This document shows positions 58,597 through 64,000 of a DNA stretch of 64,000 nucleotides, one piece after another. The notes under the pieces were generated by a model. The model made no database searches. It worked only from the letters and a program-made list of their open reading frames with translations, and had not been told where the DNA came from. The translations under genes were made by a program, and so were the position numbers. Origin of the DNA: Candidatus Bathyarchaeota archaeon (lineage in GTDB: Archaea; Thermoproteota; Bathyarchaeia; Bathyarchaeales; Bathycorpusculaceae); NCBI GenBank assembly GCA_963811105.1, contig CAWEPZ010000011.1:1184001-1248000 (forward strand). The letters run 5' to 3'. Within the stretch, counting starts at the first letter, position 1; each line of letters begins with the position of its first letter.

Positions 58597-59898
58597 ATCC
58601 GAGTAATCGCCGATCTGCATATTCACGGACGATATAGTCGAGCAACAAGCGAGCAAATGAACATTCCAGAAATTGCAAGGTTCTCAAAAATTAAAGGTTT
58701 AAACCTAGTAGGCACGGGTGACTTTACCCATCCTAAGTGGTTTAGAGAAATCAATGAAACCCTAACAGCTGAACATGACACAGGACTATTCAAGTTAACC
58801 AGAAATATGGATTCTCCTGTTCGCTTTATGCTTACAACCGAAGTTTGCACAATCTTCGATTATAAGGGCGAATCAAAGAAAGTTCACCACGTAATATTGA
58901 CCCACAGCATGGAGACCGCTCTTCAAATCAATGAGCGACTTAGAAGCTATGGCGATTTATCTTCAGATGGAAGACCGATCCTAAACATAGCCGCTCCACA
59001 ACTCGTTGAACAAGTAATGGCTGTGTCAAGCGGCAACATGGTTTTTCCAGCCCACGCTTGGACACCGTGGTTTAGCATTTTCGGAGCTTTCAGCGGCTTT
59101 GATACTGTTGAAGACTGCTACCAAGACATGACAAAGCATATCCACGCCCTAGAAACAGGGCTCTCTTCTGACCCTGCAATGAACTGGCGAATAAGCAATC
59201 TAGACCGATTTGCGTTGGTTTCAAATAGTGATTGCCACAGTTTTTGGCCATGGAGAATAGGCAGAGAAGCCAACGTTTTCGAACTAGAAAAGTTCAGTTA
59301 CCAAGAAGTTACAGAGGCTATAAAAAGCAATAATCCAACGCATTTCAAGTTCACTATTGAAACAGATCCAGCCTATGGCAAATACCATTGGACGGGACAC
59401 CGCAACTGCAAAATATCACTTGCACCACGCGATGCAATTAGATTTGGCAATATTTGCCCAGTTTGCCGAAGAAAACTCACCAAAGGCGTAGAACAACGCG
59501 TAGAAGAACTGGCAGACCGCCCCCCCGATTTCAAACGTGAAGGTGTCCCAGGGTTTTTGCGGTTGCTTCCACTATCCGAAATAATTGCGGCGGTATTAGC
59601 TGCTGATTCGCCCTCGACGCAGGCAGTTTGGAAAAACTATAATTCACTAGTTGAGAATTTTGGCGATGAATACACCGTTCTGATTGATTCGCCTTTTGAG
59701 GCTTTAGCAGCTGTTGTAGATGCGCCGATTGCCCAAGCCATCGTTAAAGTTAGAAACGGCACAGCCAAAGTCACACCAGGATACGATGGCGTTTATGGGC
59801 AACTGGATTTAGGCGTTGAAGTCCCAGCGGCTAAACCTAAACCAACCCATGCAGCATCGGTTAAGCAGACAAATATAGCTGATTTTTTTAGGAAATAA
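58597..59898 (+). CDS. Endonuclease Q-family PHP nuclease (apparent non-canonical ATC start)
   Basis: ADLHIHGRYSRATS upstream of the track's ATG; GTGDFTHP, ETGLSSD, SNSDCHS, GKYH..GHR.C, CPVC. Confidence 0.9.
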   Translation: MRVIADLHIHGRYSRATSEQMNIPEIARFSKIKGLNLVGTGDFTHPKWFREINETLTAEHDTGLFKLTRNMDSPVRFMLTTEVCTIFDYKGESKKVHHVILTHSMETALQINERLRSYGDLSSDGRPILNIAAPQLVEQVMAVSSGNMVFPAHAWTPWFSIFGAFSGFDTVEDCYQDMTKHIHALETGLSSDPAMNWRISNLDRFALVSNSDCHSFWPWRIGREANVFELEKFSYQEVTEAIKSNNPTHFKFTIETDPAYGKYHWTGHRNCKISLAPRDAIRFGNICPVCRRKLTKGVEQRVEELADRPPDFKREGVPGFLRLLPLSEIIAAVLAADSPSTQAVWKNYNSLVENFGDEYTVLIDSPFEALAAVVDAPIAQAIVKVRNGTAKVTPGYDGVYGQLDLGVEVPAAKPKPTHAASVKQTNIADFFRK

Positions 59899-59996
59899 TC
59901 AATTTAGTGTTTTTTTGGCAATGAGAGGAACAAAATGATTTAATTCCTTCAAAGAAATCTAGATAAAAACGTTTAGCTTTACAGGATAGAGTACTC

Positions 59997-61382
59997 TTGA
60001 AAGACCTTCTAACCAAAATCAACAACATAGCCACCCAAAAATTCGGAGCCCAATACGCTGAAGCCCGAGCCCAAAAACTCTTCAAAACAATTCTAACCCT
60101 AAAAGAGAAACGTGTAGAAACCACCAAGCAGGGCATTGAAAACGGCGTTGCATTGCGTGTGCTTGTCAACGGCGCTTGGGGTTTTGCTTCTGTGGGCACT
60201 TTGGATAATGATATTTTGGAGGGCGCAGTTTCGGATGCTTGTAGAATGGCTAAGATGGCTAGTTTGCGGCTGAAGACACCAATTAAACTTGCCAATGCCA
60301 AAGTGGTTGAAGGCCGCGTTGTGTTGAAACCGAAAAAGAACCCGGCAGATGTATCTGTGGAGGATAAAATAAAGACCGCATTGACAGTAACGAAGGCTGG
60401 CTTGCGTTTTGATAAGCGCGTTAAGAGCTGTACAGTAGATTATTTTGATTTGACTGGGACAAGCTTTTTTGTGAACAGCGACGGCACCAGCATAGAGCAG
60501 GACAAGTTGTACGTTTGGGCTCGAATAACCGCTTCAGCATTAAGCGAGGGTGTCTACACTTTTAGCCGAGAAGAAATAGGCTCCACAACAGGCTACGAAA
60601 TATTTGACGAGCAGCTTCCCGAAGTGCTTGGTAAAAAAGTTGCAAAACGAGCTACCGAACAATTAAACGCTAAATCGCCAAAAGGAGGAACACTACCAGT
60701 TGTTTTAGGTCCAAGCGTCGTAGGGGTTTTTGTTCATGAAGCATTTGGACATCTGGCTGAAGCTGATTTAGCCCTATCAGGCGGTATATTAGCGGACAAC
60801 ATGGGAAAGAAAATCGGGTCAGACTTAGTAACATTTTATGATGATGGTACAATCGAAGGAGCTTTTGGTGCCTTCAAATATGACGACGAAGGAGTTCCAA
60901 CCCAGAAAACGCTTCTCATAAATAACGGAGTTGTTACTGGGTTGATGCATAACCGTGAGACCGCCCAAAAATTCAATGTTGAAGCCACAGGCAACGCAAG
61001 AGCTGAAGATTTCCGTGTGGAACCAATTATCCGTATGCGTTGCACTTACATGTCGCCAAGAGATCATTCTTTTGAAGAACTGATTGAAAATGTGAAAGCA
61101 GGGTATTACTTTAAGAGTTTTAGAGGTGGGCAAGCTAATCTTGATGGCACGTTCCAGGTTGGCATACAAGAAGGTTACGAAATAGTGAACGGAGAAATAG
61201 GCGTACCAATCCGTGATGCATCAATAAGCGGCAACACCCTTGAAACTTTACATAAGGTTGATGCGGTTGGAAAAGATTTCCAGTTAGATCAGGGAAGATG
61301 CGGGAAAGGCCAAACAGCCTTCATCAGTGATGGTGGACCACATATTAGAATTAAAGAGGTAGTTGTTGGTGGCAGTTCTTAA
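59997..61382 (+). CDS. tldD: TldD-family metalloprotease
   Basis: HEAFGH..EAD, DDEG, GRCGK. Confidence 0.92.
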   Translation: MKDLLTKINNIATQKFGAQYAEARAQKLFKTILTLKEKRVETTKQGIENGVALRVLVNGAWGFASVGTLDNDILEGAVSDACRMAKMASLRLKTPIKLANAKVVEGRVVLKPKKNPADVSVEDKIKTALTVTKAGLRFDKRVKSCTVDYFDLTGTSFFVNSDGTSIEQDKLYVWARITASALSEGVYTFSREEIGSTTGYEIFDEQLPEVLGKKVAKRATEQLNAKSPKGGTLPVVLGPSVVGVFVHEAFGHLAEADLALSGGILADNMGKKIGSDLVTFYDDGTIEGAFGAFKYDDEGVPTQKTLLINNGVVTGLMHNRETAQKFNVEATGNARAEDFRVEPIIRMRCTYMSPRDHSFEELIENVKAGYYFKSFRGGQANLDGTFQVGIQEGYEIVNGEIGVPIRDASISGNTLETLHKVDAVGKDFQLDQGRCGKGQTAFISDGGPHIRIKEVVVGGSS

Positions 61383-61392
61383 AAAAGAAGCA

Positions 61393-62736
61393 ATGGTAAA
61401 TTTGGCTGACGACGCAGTAGATTTAGCAGTAAGAAAAGGAGCCTCTGAAGCTGAAGCTTATGTTTACGAAGGGCAAGCAACAAACATCGGCATCGAACTA
61501 GGACAAATCAGCAAAACCAACAGGATAATTGACAGAGGCTTAGGCGTGAGAGTAGCCATAAACAAAGCGGTAGGATTCGCGTACACAAATATGGTCGATG
61601 AACTAAACGCGGTTGAAAGGGTGATTGGTAGGGCTTTGAGTGCTGCAAAAGCAAGCAAACCTGACCCAGATTGGAAGGGTCTGGCACAAAAGAAGCCTTA
61701 CGCTTCTCCTGAGAACACTTTTGACGATAAAGTTATTGATCTCAGCTCGGAAGAACTGGTTAATATAGCTGCAACAATGCTGGACGCCGCAAGCCAAGTG
61801 GATAAACGTGTTTTTCCAATTGAAGGCGGAATAGGAAGCGCTTACATTTCCAATGCCATCGCCAACTCGAACGACATCACAGGTTTTGATAAAGGCACAG
61901 TTATTGAATGCAGTATAGCAACAGTAGCTAAGGAAGCCAACTCCGTTACACCGGTATGCTTCGAGTTCAATGCCTCAAGAAACTACAATATTGATGCAAA
62001 TTGGGTTGGAAAAGAAGCCGCGAAAATGGCGCTTTCAGCATTGAAAACAAAACCAGTTGAATCTAAATCTTCTACACTCATTTTGACTCAATTTGCCCTC
62101 CAAGACCTTCTTGCGTACACGCTGACTAACGCTGTTAGAGCCGATAATGTACAGAGGAATCAGTCACCCTTTAAGGATAAACTTGGAGAAAAAGTGGCTT
62201 CAAAAAACCTCACTATCTATGATGACGGCTTATTCCCCGGTGGATTGCGTACATGGGCTTTTGACGGCGAAGGAGTACCACATCAAAAAACAACAGTCAT
62301 AGAGAAAGGAATACTTCACAATTTCCTATACGATAACTATTCGGCAAAAAAAGAAGGGAAAGAAAGCACTGGAAACGCTGGCAGAGCAGGATACCTCTCG
62401 ACACCCAGCATTGACACCACAAACTTCCACATTATGCCAGGAAATAAGAACTCCGACCAAATGTTGAGCGAAGTGGACGACGGATTAATAATCTATTACC
62501 TGCAGGGTGCGCACAGCAGCAATCCAGTCAGCGGCGAATTCTCTGTTGTTGCAACCCCAGCTTGGAAAATAAAGAAAGGCGAAATAGTTCATTGCAGTCG
62601 AGGTGTAATGTTAGCAGGCAACATTTTCGAAGTACTCAAAAATGTTAGTGTAGTAGGTAGTAATGAGCGGCAGATGGGCCAGTTGATATCGCCGTGGATT
62701 CAAGTTGAAAATGTACGAGTGATCGGAAAGAGTTAA
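61393..62736 (+). CDS. pmbA: PmbA/TldE-family protein
   Basis: FDGEG, STGNA, SGEFS; lacks HExxH; paired with tldD. Confidence 0.9.
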   Translation: MVNLADDAVDLAVRKGASEAEAYVYEGQATNIGIELGQISKTNRIIDRGLGVRVAINKAVGFAYTNMVDELNAVERVIGRALSAAKASKPDPDWKGLAQKKPYASPENTFDDKVIDLSSEELVNIAATMLDAASQVDKRVFPIEGGIGSAYISNAIANSNDITGFDKGTVIECSIATVAKEANSVTPVCFEFNASRNYNIDANWVGKEAAKMALSALKTKPVESKSSTLILTQFALQDLLAYTLTNAVRADNVQRNQSPFKDKLGEKVASKNLTIYDDGLFPGGLRTWAFDGEGVPHQKTTVIEKGILHNFLYDNYSAKKEGKESTGNAGRAGYLSTPSIDTTNFHIMPGNKNSDQMLSEVDDGLIIYYLQGAHSSNPVSGEFSVVATPAWKIKKGEIVHCSRGVMLAGNIFEVLKNVSVVGSNERQMGQLISPWIQVENVRVIGKS

Positions 62737-63938
62737 GCCCAAAAACTTTTTGAATATTCGCCTAAAACGCCCTCGTAAAGACGTTTAGTTTGTTGAGCGA
62801 TTCTTTCCCAATCGTATTTTTCTTGAACTGCTCTGTAAGCGTTTTCTCTAATGCGTTTTCGGTAATCTTCATCAATCAAAACCTTTGTTATTCCCCAGGC
62901 TAAGGAGTCAGGATTATTCGGGTACACTTTAACTCCTGTTACGTCATGCTCGATGATTTCTGATAAGCCCCCAGTGTCGGATGCGACGACTGGACTTTTC
63001 GCCGCCATGGCTTCTAATGCAACAATTCCGAATGGTTCGAAAAGCGATGGAACGACGGATACGTCAGAACATTTCTGAAGTTTAATTAAAGTTGGTTCAT
63101 CCAAAAAACCTTCAAACAGGACTTTATGTTCAAGCCCCATGCTGCGGACAATGTTTAGTAGTTGTTCTTTCATGTAGCCGCTACCAACAATTATGAATTT
63201 AGCGTTGACCTTTTGTAAAATCTTGGGAACTGCATTAATCAATACATGAATTCCCTTTTCGTAAACTAGTCTTCCGACAAAGAGCACTATTTTTTCTTCT
63301 GGCAAGGCATACTTGCTCCTGAAACCGATTAAATCATCGTCAGAGCTGTCATAACAATGAACGTTTACGCCATTTGGAACCATCACAAGCTTATCGTTTG
63401 GAAGCCCGAAAGCCCATCTAACGTGTGAAATCATGTAGTTGCTACAGCAGATTACTCTCCATGCTTCATAGGTTAACCAAGCTTCAGTTTCATGAATCAT
63501 TTTTTCAGTTGTTGTGTGTAATCCATCTCTTCTACCTATTTCGGTTGAATGCATAGTTACTAAAAGGGGTTTTCGAAAAATATGTTTGAGTCCTATACCC
63601 GCGTTTGCAACTAACCAGTCGTGTGCGTGAAAAACATCTATTTCGTTTCCAATTTTTCTGGCCATGGCAGCCGTTTCTTTTTGCATATTCAGGTTCATTA
63701 AGTAAACCCAAGAAGCAAAATCAGGTGCAGGATTTTTGTAAGAGTCAATACGGTATACTTCTACCCCATCTATTACTTCATGCGAGGGTGTGTCTGGAAA
63801 ATCGCAGGTTACGACATAAACCTTAACGCCTTGTTTAGCTAAACTTTTTGATAAAAAGTAAACGTGAGGCGATATACCACCGATTACTCTTGGGGGAAAT
63901 TCCCAGCTAAGCATCATTACGGTTAAGTCGTTTTTCAT
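62733..63938 (-). CDS. Glycosyltransferase family 4
   Basis: [24 protein letters not shown]. Confidence 0.92.
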   Translation of the reverse strand: MKNDLTVMMLSWEFPPRVIGGISPHVYFLSKSLAKQGVKVYVVTCDFPDTPSHEVIDGVEVYRIDSYKNPAPDFASWVYLMNLNMQKETAAMARKIGNEIDVFHAHDWLVANAGIGLKHIFRKPLLVTMHSTEIGRRDGLHTTTEKMIHETEAWLTYEAWRVICCSNYMISHVRWAFGLPNDKLVMVPNGVNVHCYDSSDDDLIGFRSKYALPEEKIVLFVGRLVYEKGIHVLINAVPKILQKVNAKFIIVGSGYMKEQLLNIVRSMGLEHKVLFEGFLDEPTLIKLQKCSDVSVVPSLFEPFGIVALEAMAAKSPVVASDTGGLSEIIEHDVTGVKVYPNNPDSLAWGITKVLIDEDYRKRIRENAYRAVQEKYDWERIAQQTKRLYEGVLGEYSKSFWA

Positions 63939-64000
63939 TCGTTCTTTAAACCTCCAGTCACGATTTTGTATAGATTAAGAACGCCCATTAACCAGGAATT

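Overview
Archaeal chromosomal segment, roughly 40% GC by eye, with frequent TTG starts and GGAGG/GGTGA Shine-Dalgarno sites. Gene content (arcadin-1, cdc48, EF-1beta, FEN-1, TruD, Trm5, RtcA, archaeal ProRS, FOR-type tungsten oxidoreductase, type I GAPDH) suggests the TACK group, most likely Bathyarchaeia; this is inferred from recalled family patterns, not a database search. 1-26 kb is mostly housekeeping. 27-46 kb is a stress/redox-rich accessory region: FprA, rubrerythrin, SOD, a zinc-type ferredoxin, a PriS paralogue, a disulfide reductase-glutaredoxin-FTR operon, an orphan NuoM with two unannotated paralogous membrane micropeptides and an RHH regulator, peroxiredoxin, a frameshifted HtrA, two divergent regulators sharing tandem palindromic operators, and a tandem birth-and-death array of GsiB/Em-like (KGG, LEA group 1) hydrophilins with three intact and two decayed copies plus a DUF2795 gene. 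tRNA-Arg(CCG) lies at 47675-47749. 50-64 kb holds GT4 glycosyltransferases, gap-pgk, hypA-mrp, an EndoQ-like nuclease and tldD-pmbA. Several small ORFs absent from the ORF track were found by manual reading. No CRISPR array, integrase or intact IS was seen.
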